A stretch of 64,000 nucleotides of DNA from an uncultured Azohydromonas sp. (GTDB taxonomy: Bacteria; Pseudomonadota; Gammaproteobacteria; Burkholderiales; Burkholderiaceae_C), in the NCBI RefSeq assembly GCF_937926365.1, contig NZ_CALAOH010000127.1, positions 4,560 through 68,559 on the forward strand, written 5' to 3'. A program made the position numbers and the translations under genes. Positions 21,485-36,003 of this stretch are shown here, piece by piece; the stretch's first letter is position 1, and each line of letters starts with the position of its first letter. The notes beneath the pieces are model-generated. The model did not search any database, was not told the origin of the DNA, and saw only the letters and a list, made by a program, of their open reading frames with translations.

Positions 21485-21551
21485 GGAGGTCCAGAAAATT
21501 GTTGAGTGTGTCCAGTTTATGCGGTGGCCGGCGCCAGACTCCCGACAGGCA

Positions 21552-22355
21552 TCAAGCCTGCTGCTCCAGCGCCAGCAACTCGGCTTGCGTGAACTCCGCG
21601 GCCAGCCGCGCGGCATGGTTGAAGGGTGGGCGCGGGCGCGGCGCCTGGTAACGCTGGGTGAGCTCGGGGTAAAGCGCAATGGGGTCGAGCCCGCGTTGCG
21701 CGCACAGCCAGCGGTACCAGCGGTTGCCCACCGCGACATGGCCCACCTCGTCGCGCAGGATCACGTCCAGGATCGCCACGGCACGCTCGTCGCCGGCGCG
21801 GCGGAACTTCTCCTGCATCGGCGGCGTGGCATCGAGCCCGCGTGCTTCAAGCGTGCGCGGCACCAGCGCCATGCGCGCCAGCGCGTCGCCGGCGGTGCGC
21901 TGCGTCATCAGCCACAGGCCGTCGTGGGCCTCGAAGTCGCCGTAGTCGTGGCCGAGGCTTTGCAGGTGCGCGCGCACCAGGCCGAAGTGCAGTGCTTCCT
22001 CGGCCGCCACGCGGGCCCAGTCGCGGTAGAAGGCCGGCGGCATGCCGGCAAAGCGCCACACTGCGTCCAGCGCCAGGTTGATGGCGTTGAACTCGATGTG
22101 CGCCACCGCGTGCAGCAGCGCGGCGCGGCCGGCCGGGGTGAAAGGCGAGCGTGCGGGCACCTGGCGTGGCTCCACCAGGCGCGGCAACGCCGGGCGGCCG
22201 GGCACGTCCGCAGGCTCCTCCAGCGCCAGCGCCGGGTCGAGCACGAAACCGTCGAAACCCTCGTGCAGCGCGGTGGCCTGGGCCGACTTGGCGACAGGGT
22301 CTCGCTCGCACAGGGCGCGCAACGCGGCACGGCGCAGGCAGGGCAGGTCGTTCAT
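21552..22355 (-). CDS. Ferritin-like di-iron protein (DUF455 family)
   Basis: LHAVAHIEFNAINLALD, EEALHF, LEARGLDATP, DEVGHV. Confidence 0.88.
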   Translation of the reverse strand: MNDLPCLRRAALRALCERDPVAKSAQATALHEGFDGFVLDPALALEEPADVPGRPALPRLVEPRQVPARSPFTPAGRAALLHAVAHIEFNAINLALDAVWRFAGMPPAFYRDWARVAAEEALHFGLVRAHLQSLGHDYGDFEAHDGLWLMTQRTAGDALARMALVPRTLEARGLDATPPMQEKFRRAGDERAVAILDVILRDEVGHVAVGNRWYRWLCAQRGLDPIALYPELTQRYQAPRPRPPFNHAARLAAEFTQAELLALEQQA

Positions 22356-22617
22356 GGTCGATGCGGGGGCGGATGGGAGCGGAAGGGGCGGCGAGGTGGC
22401 GGCAAAGGCCCGGTGGCGGGGCCGGGCGCACGCCTTGCCCTCGGGCGGGAGTGAAGGCGGCTCCTAGAATTATCGGCTTGCGGCGCGCCGGGGCCCGACC
22501 GGCTGCACTTCCCGCCGCGCGGCGCCCGGATGATTCCCCGCGCCTTCCCCTTCCATCGCTCTGCCCGGCATGGCTCCCGGCGCAGGGCCGCAGTACATCA
22601 AGCACATCAACAACACC

Positions 22618-23583
22618 ATGAGCGATCTGCACAAATTCCTGTTCGAGGGCCTGCCCGTGCGCGGCATGCTGGTGCGGCTCACCGACAGCTGGCGCGAGGT
22701 GCTGCAGCGTCGCGAGGCCAGCGGGGGCTACCCGGCGCCAGTGCGCGAGCTGCTGGGCCAGATGACGGCCGCGGCGGTGCTGATGCAGTCCAACATCAAG
22801 TTCAACGGCGCGCTGGTGATGCAGATCTTCGGCGACGGCCCGGTGAAGATGGCCGTGGTGGAAGTGCAGCCGGAGCTGCATTTCCGCTCCACCGCCAAGG
22901 TCGTGGGCGAGGTGGCCGAGGGCGCCGGGCTGGAGGCCATGCTCAACGTGCACAACCGCGGCCGTTGCGCCATCACGCTGGACCCGCGCGACCGCCAGCC
23001 CGGCCAGCAGCCCTACCAGGGCGTGGTGCCGCTGTCGGCCATGGGCGAGGAGTTCCACGCGCTGCAGAGCATCTCCGAGGTGCTGGAGCAGTACATGCGC
23101 CAGTCCGAGCAGTTGGAGACGCGCCTGATGCTGGCGGCCAACGACGAGGTCGCCGCCGGGCTGCTGATCCAGCGCCTGCCCGTCGAAGGACTGGGCAACC
23201 TGGAGAGCAAAGAGAAGCAGGCCGAGGCCGAAGTGCTGGCCGAGGGCTTCAACCGCATCGCGCACCTGGCCTCCTCGCTCAAGGCCGAGGAACTGCTGAC
23301 GCTGGACTCCGAGACCATCCTGCACCGGCTGTTCTGGGAGGAGGACGTGCGACGCTTCGAGCCGCAGCAGCCGCGCTTCGCCTGCACCTGCTCGCGCGAG
23401 CGCGTGGGCTCCATGCTCAAGGGCCTGGGCCGCGAGGAGATCGACTCCATCGTGGCCGAGCGCGGCGAGGTGGAGATCGGCTGCGACTTCTGCGGCCGCC
23501 AGTACCACTACGACGCCGTGGATGTGGGCGAGCTCTTCACGCCGGAGCGCGACCAGCCGCCGTCGTCCACGGCGGTGCAGTGA
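22618..23583 (+). CDS. hslO: Hsp33 redox-regulated chaperone
   Basis: YMRQSEQLET, AAGLLIQRLP, C-terminal CTCS...CDFC zinc motif. Confidence 0.93.
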   Translation: MSDLHKFLFEGLPVRGMLVRLTDSWREVLQRREASGGYPAPVRELLGQMTAAAVLMQSNIKFNGALVMQIFGDGPVKMAVVEVQPELHFRSTAKVVGEVAEGAGLEAMLNVHNRGRCAITLDPRDRQPGQQPYQGVVPLSAMGEEFHALQSISEVLEQYMRQSEQLETRLMLAANDEVAAGLLIQRLPVEGLGNLESKEKQAEAEVLAEGFNRIAHLASSLKAEELLTLDSETILHRLFWEEDVRRFEPQQPRFACTCSRERVGSMLKGLGREEIDSIVAERGEVEIGCDFCGRQYHYDAVDVGELFTPERDQPPSSTAVQ

Positions 23584-23586
23584 TCC

Positions 23587-24282
23587 TCAGGGCGCGCCGC
23601 GCCCGGTCGATGCCCGCAGCGCGTGCTCGCACTGCGGGTCGTCGCAGTCTTCGCACACCCAGCGCCAAGCCGGCTGTGCTGCCTCGCGCTCGCGCAGCCG
23701 CGTGAACAGGCCCGCGCGCGGCGCGGACAGCGTGCGCAGCCAGGGCGACAGGGCGTCCACCGCGCAGTCCACCCGCGCCTCGCCCTCGCCGCGCACCACC
23801 GACCACGACAGCCCGTGTGCCAGCAGCAGGCCGCGCACCAGGCGGTCCACCGGCGCGCGCACCTGCGGGCCGTCGCGCAGGTGCGCGTCGGCCACCCAGG
23901 GCAGGTCCAGCGCGGTGAGCAGCGTCGCGGCGCAGCGGCGCTGGAACTCCACCGCCATGGCGTGCAGCGAGCGGTCGTCGAACAGCAGCTCGCTGTAGAC
24001 GGCCGTCATCAACGGCGTGGTGTCGGCCACCACCAGGTCGTGCGCGGCCGCAGCCTGCTCCAGGCGGCGCTGCTGCGCCAGCGCGATGCCGAGCTGTTCC
24101 TCGGCGCGCGGCGTGCGGCCCTCGCGCTCGCACCACTCCCGCAGCACCTCCGGCACCCAGGCCACGGACAGGCCCGTCTCGCGCGCCAGCCGCTCGGCCA
24201 GGGCCCGGGCCAGCACGGTCTTGCCCGTGCTCTCGGCGCCGAGCAGGGCAATGACGTTGAGGGAATCGGGGACGTTGGACAT
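23587..24282 (-). CDS. NadR/Ttd14-type P-loop kinase (AAA_28)
   Basis: GAESTGKT Walker A, VPEVLRE, VADTTPL, DLPWVAD; downstream of pnuC. Confidence 0.85.
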   Translation of the reverse strand: MSNVPDSLNVIALLGAESTGKTVLARALAERLARETGLSVAWVPEVLREWCEREGRTPRAEEQLGIALAQQRRLEQAAAAHDLVVADTTPLMTAVYSELLFDDRSLHAMAVEFQRRCAATLLTALDLPWVADAHLRDGPQVRAPVDRLVRGLLLAHGLSWSVVRGEGEARVDCAVDALSPWLRTLSAPRAGLFTRLREREAAQPAWRWVCEDCDDPQCEHALRASTGRGAP

Positions 24283-24321
24283 GTCAGGCGGCGGGAAGCC
24301 ACGCCGGCGGCGTGGCAAGGC

Positions 24322-24951
24322 TCAGGCCGAGGCCAGCGCCTGCGGCTGCTGCCGCGCCAACCGCGCCCAGCGGCGCCAGCCCACGGCTGACAGCACGGCG
24401 AACAGGGCATAGAGCAGCACCGTCAGCCACAGGCCCTTGTAGGCGAAGAGGGCGACGCTGGCGATGTTGACCACCACCCAGGTCGGCCAGTTCTGCACGT
24501 ACTTGCGCCCCAGCAGCCACTGGCCGGCGAGGCTGGCCACGGTGGTGAAGGCATCGGCGTAGGGCACGTCGGAGTCGGTGACGCTGTCCAGCAGCCAGCC
24601 CGCCAGCGGCCAGGCGGCCAGCGTCACCAGGCCCAGCCGCAGCAGGCCGCGGCGGTCGAGGTCGCGCACCTGCAGCGCGCGGCCGTCGTCCTGCGTGCCG
24701 CGCAGCCACTGCCACCAGCCCCACAGCGCCGCGGCGATGAAGACGAGCTGCAGCAGTGCCTCGCCGTAGAGACGGCTGCCGGCGAAGAGCAGGGCGTAGA
24801 GGGCGCTGCTGGCGATGGCCAGCGGCCAGGCCAGCGGGTTCACGCGCAGATTGCAGTGCACCATCCACAGCGCCAGCACGAAGGCCAGCAGCTCGGCGCG
24901 GCTGACCGCCACGCCCCAGGCCGTGAACACGGCGGCTTGCAGCCACTGCAT
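24322..24951 (-). CDS. pnuC: Nicotinamide riboside transporter PnuC family
   Basis: LWGWWQW, PYADAFTTVASLAGQWLLGRKYVQNW. Confidence 0.9.
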   Translation of the reverse strand: MQWLQAAVFTAWGVAVSRAELLAFVLALWMVHCNLRVNPLAWPLAIASSALYALLFAGSRLYGEALLQLVFIAAALWGWWQWLRGTQDDGRALQVRDLDRRGLLRLGLVTLAAWPLAGWLLDSVTDSDVPYADAFTTVASLAGQWLLGRKYVQNWPTWVVVNIASVALFAYKGLWLTVLLYALFAVLSAVGWRRWARLARQQPQALASA

Positions 24952-24957
24952 GGCGCT

Positions 24958-25236
24958 TCAGTGCCGCGACGGCGGGATCTGCACCAGGATCTCGTCGGGC
25001 TTGACCATGCCCAGCTCGGCGCGGGCACGTTCCTCGACCATCTCCAGGCCGTCACGCAGATCGGCCACCTCGTTGGCCATGCGCTGGTTGACTTCGCGCG
25101 CCTGCGCGTTTTCCTGCAGCTGGACCTGCAGCTGCGCGCGCAGCGCCTGCACGTTGCGCACGCCGCCCTTGCTCCACCACAGCTCGTAATGCACCAGCGC
25201 CAGCAGCGCCAGCAGCACCAGGGTCACCAGTCGCAT
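24958..25236 (-). CDS. ftsB: Cell division protein FtsB
   Basis: TM helix + LWWSKGG + coiled coil + EERARAELGMVKPDE; follows eno. Confidence 0.93.
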   Translation of the reverse strand: MRLVTLVLLALLALVHYELWWSKGGVRNVQALRAQLQVQLQENAQAREVNQRMANEVADLRDGLEMVEERARAELGMVKPDEILVQIPPSRH

Positions 25237-25357
25237 GGCCTTTGTCGTACTTCAGAGGTCCAGGGCCGCCTCCAGCGCCTTTGTCCCAGGCCCGGCGGGC
25301 GGGCTTGGAACGAGGGGTAGGGCGGTACTGCTTGGAGGGGCCCGGAGCCTTTCCGGA

Positions 25358-26647
<1,290 letters not shown>

Positions 26648-26747
26648 TCAATCTCTCCGGTAGGGTTGGATTCGAGTCTGCACACGCCCGGCGGGCATGC
26701 GGCCGTTGCGTTGACGGCGCTCTGGGAACAGGCCGAGGACGCCGCCT

Positions 26748-27038
26748 TCAGGCGACGCCTTCGACCAGGATCATGCGCATCACGCCCGCGCCTTCACGCA
26801 GGCTGCGCGCATGGGTGTAAGTCTCGCTGTGGTAGTAGGCCCGCGCCTTCTCGGCGTTCTCGAAGCGCAGCACCACGATGCGCTCGGGCGACCACGGCCC
26901 TTCGAGCACTTCGATGGCGCCGCCGCGCACCAGCACCTCCGCGCCATGCTCCTGCATGGCGCGGGTGCTCCACTCGCGGTAGTTGGCCATCTTCTGCGCG
27001 TCGGTGATCTGCACGTCGGCAATGATGTAGGCGCTCAT
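26748..27038 (-). CDS. DUF1330 family protein
   Basis: MSAYIIADVQITD, LVRGGAIEVLEG, AYYHSETY; usual position between kdsA and eno. Confidence 0.85.
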   Translation of the reverse strand: MSAYIIADVQITDAQKMANYREWSTRAMQEHGAEVLVRGGAIEVLEGPWSPERIVVLRFENAEKARAYYHSETYTHARSLREGAGVMRMILVEGVA

Positions 27039-27051
27039 CGGGGTCGGGTCC

Positions 27052-27909
27052 TCAGCAGCTGAAGTCGTTTTCGAGCAGGGGCTGCGTCTTGATGACGCGG
27101 TCCAGCGCCAGCAGCTGCTCCAGCAGCGCGCGCATGTGCTTGAGCGGCACGGCGTTGGGGCCGTCCGACAGCGCCTTGGCCGGGTCGGGGTGCGTCTCCA
27201 TGAACAGCCCCGAGATGCCCACCGCCACCGCCGCGCGCGCCAGCACCGGCACGAACTCGCGCTGGCCGCCGCTGCTCGTGCCCTGGCCGCCGGGCAGCTG
27301 CACCGAGTGCGTGGCATCGAAGACGACCGGGGCGCCCGTCTCGCGCATGATCGCCAGGCTGCGCATGTCGGAGACAAGGTTGTTGTAGCCGAAACTCACG
27401 CCGCGCTCGCAGGCCATGAAGGCGTCATCGTCCAGGCCCTTCTCGCGCGCGGCGGCGCGGGCCTTGTCAATGACGTTCTTCATGTCGTGGGGCGCGAGGA
27501 ACTGCCCCTTCTTGATGTTCACCGGCTTGCCCGACTGCGCCACGGCGCGGATGAAGTCGGTCTGGCGGCACAGGAAGGCCGGCGTCTGCAGCACGTCCAC
27601 TGCGGCGGCCACGCGCTCGACCTCGGCCTCGCTGTGCACGTCGGTGATCACGGGCACCTGCAGTTGCGAGCGCACCTTGGCCAGGATCTCCAGGCCCTTG
27701 TCCATGCCGGGGCCGCGGAAGCTCGTGCCGCTGGAGCGGTTGGCCTTGTCGTAGCTGCTCTTGAAGATGAAGGGGATGCCCAGCTCGCTGGTGATCTCCT
27801 TGAGCCGCCCGGCCACCTCGGCCTGCAGCGTCTCGCTCTCGACCACGCAGGGTCCGGCGATGAGAAAGAACGGCTTGTCGAGGCCAACCTCGAATCCGCA
27901 CAGCTTCAT
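27052..27909 (-). CDS. kdsA: KDO-8-phosphate synthase
   Basis: [40 protein letters not shown]. Confidence 0.97.
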   Translation of the reverse strand: MKLCGFEVGLDKPFFLIAGPCVVESETLQAEVAGRLKEITSELGIPFIFKSSYDKANRSSGTSFRGPGMDKGLEILAKVRSQLQVPVITDVHSEAEVERVAAAVDVLQTPAFLCRQTDFIRAVAQSGKPVNIKKGQFLAPHDMKNVIDKARAAAREKGLDDDAFMACERGVSFGYNNLVSDMRSLAIMRETGAPVVFDATHSVQLPGGQGTSSGGQREFVPVLARAAVAVGISGLFMETHPDPAKALSDGPNAVPLKHMRALLEQLLALDRVIKTQPLLENDFSC

Positions 27910-27920
27910 GCGGGTCTCCT

Positions 27921-29645
<1,725 letters not shown>

Positions 29646-29679
29646 TTATACGGGCCGCCTCTGGCGCCCCCCTGGCGCC

Positions 29680-30489
29680 CTAGGGCATGTCGGCCAGCAG
29701 CTCCAGCACCAGCGCCGCGGCGGCTTCGGGGCTTTCCATGGGGTAGAGGTGCGTGCCTTCGATCCAGCGAAAGCGCGCGCCGGCCAGGCGCTGCGCCAGC
29801 GCGGTACCACCTTGGCGCATCTCCTCGGAGCGCGTGCCGGCGACGAAACCCACCGGGCAGGCCACGGGATGGCGGCGCAGCGTGCGTGCCAGGTCGTGCG
29901 GCAGGGTGTCGTAGATGCGCGTCTCGACCTCGGGCTCGAAGGCCAGTCGCACCCGGCCCTCGCGCTCCTCGAAGCCGGCGCGCAGGTAGTCGTCGAGCAC
30001 GCGCGGGTCCCAGCCGGCGAACACCGGCTTGCCGCTGAAATGCTGCCGCACCGCCTCGTGCGAGGGCCATTCGCGCCGGCGCCGGCGCGAGACGCGCCCG
30101 GGCGAGACGCGCTGCATCAGCCCCGTGACCTTGGCCAGGTGCACGACCTGCGCGCGCCAGCCGGCGAAGATGGGCGAATCCAGCGCCACCACGCCGCGCG
30201 CGAGCTGCGGACGGCGCGAGGCGGTCTTGAGGCACAGCAGTCCGCCCAGCGAGTGCCCCACCAGGAACACCGGCGCCGTGGCGTGGCGCTCGACGAAAAA
30301 CGCCAGCTCGTCGCGCAGCCGCCCCCAGCCATCCCCCACCGGGAAGCGCGGGTCGTGGCCAAAGCGCCGCGGCGCCAGCACCTCGTAGCCCGCGGCGCGC
30401 CAGACCTCGAACAGCCGCGCGTAGGTGCCGGCCGGAAAACCGTTGCCGTGGGCGAAGACGATGCAGCGCGGCGCCGCCGCCGCGCTCAT
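29680..30489 (-). CDS. Alpha/beta hydrolase
   Basis: FAHGNGF oxyanion region, GHSLGG nucleophile elbow, GTHLYPME; ATGA-coupled to the upstream protease. Confidence 0.88.
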   Translation of the reverse strand: MSAAAAPRCIVFAHGNGFPAGTYARLFEVWRAAGYEVLAPRRFGHDPRFPVGDGWGRLRDELAFFVERHATAPVFLVGHSLGGLLCLKTASRRPQLARGVVALDSPIFAGWRAQVVHLAKVTGLMQRVSPGRVSRRRRREWPSHEAVRQHFSGKPVFAGWDPRVLDDYLRAGFEEREGRVRLAFEPEVETRIYDTLPHDLARTLRRHPVACPVGFVAGTRSEEMRQGGTALAQRLAGARFRWIEGTHLYPMESPEAAAALVLELLADMP

Positions 30490-31319
30490 CCCGCGGCCAG
30501 GCGCGTCTCGGGACCGATGATCTTGGTCAGCGGCTCGTAGCGCTCGGAGCTCGCCAGCAGCGGGTGGGCGCTGTCGCCGCCGTCCCAGCGCGGGTTGTCC
30601 ATGCTGTCGAACACCTCGCGCAGCCGCTGGCCCCAGGTGCCGCGCACCATCTGGAAGTACGGGTTGAACTCGTCGATGCAGATCATGCGGTCGGCGCGCA
30701 GCTCGCCCGCGCGGTAGACCAGCAGGTCCAGCGGCAGCCCCACCGAGAGGTTGGACTTGAGCGTGGAGTCCATGGACACCAGCGCGCACTTGGCGGCCTG
30801 GTCCAGCGAGGTGCGCGGGTTGATGAGGCGGTCCAGCACCGGCTTGCCGTACTTGCTCTCGCCGATCTGGAAGTAGGGCGTCTCGCGCGTGGCCTCGATG
30901 AAGTTGCCCTCGGAATAGACCAGGAACATGCGCATCGGCTCGCGCCCGATCTGGCCGCCGAAGATCAGCGAGGTGTTGAACTCGATGCCGTGCCGCTTGA
31001 GCGCATGCCCGTCCTGCTCGTAGACGCGGCGCACCGCGGCGCTGAGCACCCGCACCGCGTCGAACATGCTGCGCGCGTTCCAGATCGTGATCGGTGGCTC
31101 GCCATGGCCGCCGTCGATGCGCTCCACCTGCAGCAGCTCCCGTACCGACTGCGAGATGCTGAGGTTGCCCGCCGACAGCAGCGTCATGAAGCGGTCGCCC
31201 GGGCGCTCGTACACCATCATCTTGCGGAAGGTGCTGATCTGGTCCATGCCCGCGTTGGTGCGCGAGTCGGACAGGAAGACGAGACCGGCGTCGAGCCGGA
31301 TGCCAAGACAGTAGGTCAT
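30486..31319 (-). CDS. Proteasome-type Ntn protease (Anbu family)
   Basis: N-terminal [62 protein letters not shown]. Confidence 0.92.
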   Translation of the reverse strand: MTYCLGIRLDAGLVFLSDSRTNAGMDQISTFRKMMVYERPGDRFMTLLSAGNLSISQSVRELLQVERIDGGHGEPPITIWNARSMFDAVRVLSAAVRRVYEQDGHALKRHGIEFNTSLIFGGQIGREPMRMFLVYSEGNFIEATRETPYFQIGESKYGKPVLDRLINPRTSLDQAAKCALVSMDSTLKSNLSVGLPLDLLVYRAGELRADRMICIDEFNPYFQMVRGTWGQRLREVFDSMDNPRWDGGDSAHPLLASSERYEPLTKIIGPETRLAAG

Positions 31320-33919
31320 GTGGCCTCCGCAAGGAGAGTTTTGAGGCGGTACAGCGCGTCCAGCGCTTCGCGCGGGGTGAGCGTGTCGGGGTCGATGGCC
31401 GCCAGCGCCTCCTCCAGCGCCGAGGGCTCGCGCACCGGGTCGGGCTCGGGGTCGGGCAGCGCGGGCGGCACGGCGAACAGGTCCACCTGCGTCTGGCCGC
31501 TGCGCTGCTGGGCTTCCAGCGCCTCCAGCGTCGCGCGCGCCTGGCGGATCAGCGAGGCCGGCATGCCCGCCAGCCGCGCCACCTGCACGCCGTAGCTGCG
31601 GCTGGCCGGGCCGCTCTGGATCTCGTGCAGGAAGACGATGTCGTGCCCGCTGCCCTCCACGGCGCTGACGTGCACGTTGATCGCCTGCGGGTGCTTCTCC
31701 GGGAAGGCCGTGAGCTCGAAGTAGTGCGTGGCGAACAGCGTGAAGGCGCGGTTGCGGTCGTGCAGGTGGCTGGCGATGGCGCCGGCCAGCGCCAGGCCGT
31801 CGAAGGTGGAGGTGCCGCGCCCGATCTCGTCCATCAGCACCAGGCTGTGCTCGGTGGCGCTGTGCACGATGGCCGCGGCCTCCGTCATCTCCAGCATGAA
31901 GGTGGACTGCGCGTTGGCCAGATCGTCTGCGGCGCCGATGCGGGTGTGGATGGCGTCCATCGGCCCCAGCCGGCAGCTCTTGGCCGGCACGTAGGAGCCC
32001 ATGGCCGCCAGCAGCGCGATCAGCGCCACCTGGCGCATGTAGGTGCTCTTGCCGCCCATGTTCGGGCCGGTGATCACGAGCATGCGCGTGCGCGCATCGA
32101 GCCGGCAGTTGTTGGCGATGAAGGTGCCGCCGCCGCTCTCGGCCAGCCGCGCCTCCACCACCGGGTGGCGCCCGGCCTCGATGTCGATGCACGGTTGCGG
32201 CACGAACTGCGGCCGGCACCAGTTGAGCGTCGCGGCGCGCTCGGCCAGCGTGGAGAGCACGTCCAGCGCCGCCAGCGCGCGCGCCAGCTCCAGCAGCACC
32301 GGCAGGTGGGGCTGCAACTGGTCCAGCAGCTGCTCGTACAGCCACTTCTCCCGCGCCAGGGCCCGCTCCTGCGCCGACAAGGCCTTGTCTTCGAAAGCCT
32401 TCAGCTCCGGCGTGATGAAGCGCTCGGCGTTCTTGAGCGTCTGGCGGCGGCGGTAGTCGTCGGGCACGCGGCCGAGCTGGCCGGTGGTGACCTCGATGTA
32501 GAAGCCGTGCACCTTGTTGTACTGGACGCGCAGGTTGGAGATGCCGGTGCGCTCGCGCTCCCGGGTTTCCAGCGCCAGCAGGAAGGCGTCGCAGTGCTCG
32601 TTGATGCCGCGCAGCTCGTCCAGGTCAGGGTCCAGCCCCGGGGCGATCACGCCGCCGTCGCGCAGCAGCGCCGCGGGCTCGGCCAGCAGCGAGCGCTGCA
32701 GCAGCGCGGCGATCTCCGGCGAGGGCTGCAGCGAGGCCTTGAGCATCAGCAGCAGCGGCGCGCCTTCGGGCACCGTGGCTTCCAGCGTGGGCAGCGCCAG
32801 CAGCGTCTCGCGCAGACCCGCGAGCTCGCGCGGGCGCACCTGGCGCAGCGCGATGCGCGAGGCGATGCGCTCCACGTCGCTGATGTGGCGCAGCCGCTCG
32901 CGCAGCGGCTCGTAGCCCTGCGTGTGCAGCTGCGCGATGGCCTCGTGCCGCGCCTTGGCCGCGTCGCGGGCGCGCGCCGGCTGTGTCAGCCACTGGCGCA
33001 GCAGCCGGCTGCCCATGCCGCTGCGGCAGCCGTCGAGCAGCGACAGCAGGGTGGGGCCGTCCTCGCCGCGCAGCGTCTGCACCAGTTCCAGGTTGCGCTG
33101 CGTCGCGGGCGGCAGGTCCAGCAGCTCGTCGGCGCGCTCCACGCGCAGCGTGGCCACGTGCGACAGCGCCTGCCCCTGCGTGTGCTCGGCGTAGGCCAGC
33201 AGCGCCGAGGCCGCGGCATGGGCCACGGTCAGCGCCTGGGCGTGGAAGGCCTGCAGGCTCTGCACCTGCAGCTGCGTGCACAGCTTGCGCAATCCGCCGG
33301 CGGCGTCGAACTGCCAGGCCGGGCGCCGGGTGAGCGCCGCGCCGCTGGCGGCCAGCGCCGGCGCGGGATCGCCCGCATCGGCGTACAGCAGCTCCGCCGG
33401 CGCCAGCCTTGCGAGCCAGCCCGGCAGCTCGCGCTCGCTGCACTCGGTCAGGCCCAGCTGCGCGCTGGACAGGCCCAGCCACGCCAGGCCCCAGAGATTG
33501 CCCTTGCGGTGCGCGGCCAGCAGCAGCGTGTCCTGGCGCTCGTTGAGCAGTTCGGTGTCGGTGACGGTGCCGGGCGTGACCACCCGCACCACCTTGCGCT
33601 CCACCGGGCCCTTGGCGTTGACGTCGCCCACCTGCTCGGCGATGGCCACGGCCTCGCCCAGCCGGATGAGCTTGCCGAGGTAGGTCTCCAGCGCGTGCAC
33701 GGGCACGCCGGCCATCAGCACGGGCTCGCCGTTGCTCTGGCCGCGGCTGGTGAGCGTGACGTCCAGCAGCCGGTTGGCGCGGCGGGCGTCCTCGTAGAAC
33801 AGCTCGTAGAAGTCCCCCATGCGGAAGAGCACGAGGGCGTCCGGGAACTCCGCCTTGATGCGGAGGTATTGCTGCATCACCGGCGTGTGGCCGGCCAGCG
33901 CCTTCTCGTCCAGGGCCAT
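31316..33919 (-). CDS. mutS: DNA mismatch repair protein MutS
   Basis: [51 protein letters not shown]. Confidence 0.98.
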   Translation of the reverse strand: MALDEKALAGHTPVMQQYLRIKAEFPDALVLFRMGDFYELFYEDARRANRLLDVTLTSRGQSNGEPVLMAGVPVHALETYLGKLIRLGEAVAIAEQVGDVNAKGPVERKVVRVVTPGTVTDTELLNERQDTLLLAAHRKGNLWGLAWLGLSSAQLGLTECSERELPGWLARLAPAELLYADAGDPAPALAASGAALTRRPAWQFDAAGGLRKLCTQLQVQSLQAFHAQALTVAHAAASALLAYAEHTQGQALSHVATLRVERADELLDLPPATQRNLELVQTLRGEDGPTLLSLLDGCRSGMGSRLLRQWLTQPARARDAAKARHEAIAQLHTQGYEPLRERLRHISDVERIASRIALRQVRPRELAGLRETLLALPTLEATVPEGAPLLLMLKASLQPSPEIAALLQRSLLAEPAALLRDGGVIAPGLDPDLDELRGINEHCDAFLLALETRERERTGISNLRVQYNKVHGFYIEVTTGQLGRVPDDYRRRQTLKNAERFITPELKAFEDKALSAQERALAREKWLYEQLLDQLQPHLPVLLELARALAALDVLSTLAERAATLNWCRPQFVPQPCIDIEAGRHPVVEARLAESGGGTFIANNCRLDARTRMLVITGPNMGGKSTYMRQVALIALLAAMGSYVPAKSCRLGPMDAIHTRIGAADDLANAQSTFMLEMTEAAAIVHSATEHSLVLMDEIGRGTSTFDGLALAGAIASHLHDRNRAFTLFATHYFELTAFPEKHPQAINVHVSAVEGSGHDIVFLHEIQSGPASRSYGVQVARLAGMPASLIRQARATLEALEAQQRSGQTQVDLFAVPPALPDPEPDPVREPSALEEALAAIDPDTLTPREALDALYRLKTLLAEAT

Positions 33920-33935
33920 GGGCGACGAAACCTTC

Positions 33936-34946
33936 TCAGAACGGGGCGTCTTCGGCGGGCGGCGTGGTCGGCGCGGCCGGAGCGGCGGCGTCGCCCTTGC
34001 GGATGCGCACCGGGCCCTTCTTGGGCGCGGGCTCGGCGGCCGCGGCCGGCTGGGCCTTCAGGCTGTCGGCCAGCGCCTGCTCGGGCGTGGGCAGGTCGCC
34101 CGGGATCGACTGCGCGGCGGCGTCGGTTTCGTCGGTCTTGATGACGCGGGTGTAGGGCGCCAGGACTTGCACCAACTGGCCGAAGATGCGCGGCGTGCCG
34201 GCCACCACCTCGCGCTGGTACAGGTAGTCGCTCTCGCCGGTGAAGTTGCCGATGAGGCCGCCGGCCTCGGTGATGATCAGCGAGCCCGCGGCCACGTCCC
34301 AGGGGTTCAGGCCGGTCTCGAAGAAGGCGTCGTACCAGCCGGCCGCGACGTAGCACAGGTCCAGCGCGGCGGCGCCGGGGCGGCGCAGGCCGGCGCACTG
34401 CTGCATCACCTCCTCGAAGATCTTGAGGTAGCGCTTGAAGTTGTCGCCGCGGCGGAAGGGGAAGCCCGTGCCGATGAGCGCGTCCTGCATGCGCGTGCGC
34501 TTGGACACGCGCAGCCGGCGGTCGTTGAGATAAGCGCCGCGGCCCTTGGTGGCATAGAAGAGGTCGTTGCGGCTGGGGTCGTAGACGACGGCCTGTTGCA
34601 CCACGCCACGGTGCGCCAGCGCGATGGACACGGCGTACACCGGGAAGCCGTGGATGAAGTTGGTGGTGCCGTCCAGCGGATCGATGATCCAGACGTACTC
34701 GCTGTCGCGCGCGCCGTGCTCGCGGCCGGACTCCTCGGCCAGGATGCCGTGACCCGGATAGGCCTGCAGCAGCGTCTCGATGATCACTGCTTCAGCCGCC
34801 TGGTCCACTTCGCTGACGAAGTCGTTGGGGCCCTTGGTGTTGATGCGCAGCAGGTCCAGGTCCATCGAGGCCCGGTTGATGATCGCCCCCGCCGCGCGAG
34901 CCGCCTTGATGGCGATGTTGAGCATGGGATGAAGCGCTTGGGACAT
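33936..34946 (-). CDS. suhB: Inositol monophosphatase family / Nus factor SuhB with Ala/Pro-rich C-terminal tail
   Basis: [43 protein letters not shown]. Confidence 0.95.
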   Translation of the reverse strand: MSQALHPMLNIAIKAARAAGAIINRASMDLDLLRINTKGPNDFVSEVDQAAEAVIIETLLQAYPGHGILAEESGREHGARDSEYVWIIDPLDGTTNFIHGFPVYAVSIALAHRGVVQQAVVYDPSRNDLFYATKGRGAYLNDRRLRVSKRTRMQDALIGTGFPFRRGDNFKRYLKIFEEVMQQCAGLRRPGAAALDLCYVAAGWYDAFFETGLNPWDVAAGSLIITEAGGLIGNFTGESDYLYQREVVAGTPRIFGQLVQVLAPYTRVIKTDETDAAAQSIPGDLPTPEQALADSLKAQPAAAAEPAPKKGPVRIRKGDAAAPAAPTTPPAEDAPF

Positions 34947-35074
34947 GGGTCGGCCTTTGTTGAATCTGGAGGGTCGAACGCTCGTGGGGGAAGCGAACGG
35001 GCGCGGGAGACGGCTGCGGAAAGGAAAGAGCGGGCAGCGACAATGCTGCGGGAGAACCCTAGATTGTAAGTCCG

Positions 35075-35920
35075 ATGCCCGATTCAGACGCGCGAGCAAG
35101 CACCACGCCCAGCCCGGCCACCACCGAAGTCCCGTCCGGCGTGACGCCCGACACGGCCGGTGCCGGCGCGCCCTCCACACCGTCCGGCACGCCGCGTGAC
35201 GGCACCCGCTTCGTGCTGCTCAACACCAGCCATCCCGGCAATGTGGGCGCGGCCGCGCGCGCCATGAAGGTCATGGGCTTTGCCGACCTGGTGCTGGTGC
35301 AGCCGCGCTTCGCCGACGTGCTGTGCCGCGAGGAGACGGTGGCCATGGCTAGCGGTGCGGCCGACATCCTGGCGCGCGCGCGCATCGTCGAGTCGCTGGC
35401 CGAGGCGCTGGAGGGCGTCTCCTTCGCCTGCGCCACGGCCATGACGCCGCGCGACTTCGGCCCGCCCACGCACGCCCCGCGCGAGCTGCTGCCGCGCCTG
35501 GCCGCCGGGCCGCACCGCGTGGCCTTCGTCTTCGGCAGCGAGCGCTACGGCATGAGCAACGAGGACGTCTACCGCTGCCACGCCTGCCTGTCGGTCCCCA
35601 CGCATCCGGACTACGGCTCGCTCAACCTGTCGCAGGCGGTGCAGCTCATCGCCTACGACTGGCGCCAGGCGCTGGGCGGCTTCGGCGTGGTGCCGCGCGT
35701 GCCGGACGTGCGGCTGGCCGACGGTGTGGCGGTGCAGGGCGCGCTGGAGCACTGGCGCGAGGTACTGGTGGAGATCGGCTTCCTGGACCCGGTCGCGCCC
35801 AAGAAGCTGTTGCCGCGGCTGCAGCAGCTCATCAACCGGGCGCAGCCCACGGCGGAGGAGGTCCACATCCTGCGCGGCATCGCGCGCGCCGTGCAGCGCG
35901 CCGCGCGCAAGGGCGGCTGA
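35075..35920 (+). CDS. trmJ: tRNA 2'-O-methyltransferase TrmJ (SPOUT); true start may be downstream
   Basis: [38 protein letters not shown]; suhB-trmJ-cysE synteny. Confidence 0.9.
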   Translation: MPDSDARASTTPSPATTEVPSGVTPDTAGAGAPSTPSGTPRDGTRFVLLNTSHPGNVGAAARAMKVMGFADLVLVQPRFADVLCREETVAMASGAADILARARIVESLAEALEGVSFACATAMTPRDFGPPTHAPRELLPRLAAGPHRVAFVFGSERYGMSNEDVYRCHACLSVPTHPDYGSLNLSQAVQLIAYDWRQALGGFGVVPRVPDVRLADGVAVQGALEHWREVLVEIGFLDPVAPKKLLPRLQQLINRAQPTAEEVHILRGIARAVQRAARKGG

Positions 35921-36003
35921 TCTGCCGCCTCCGTGCCGCCGCTTACGCAACAGGGTCCGCCCGGGTTGCCTACACTTCGCTACCCCCCAGGGAAGTCATA
36001 ACC

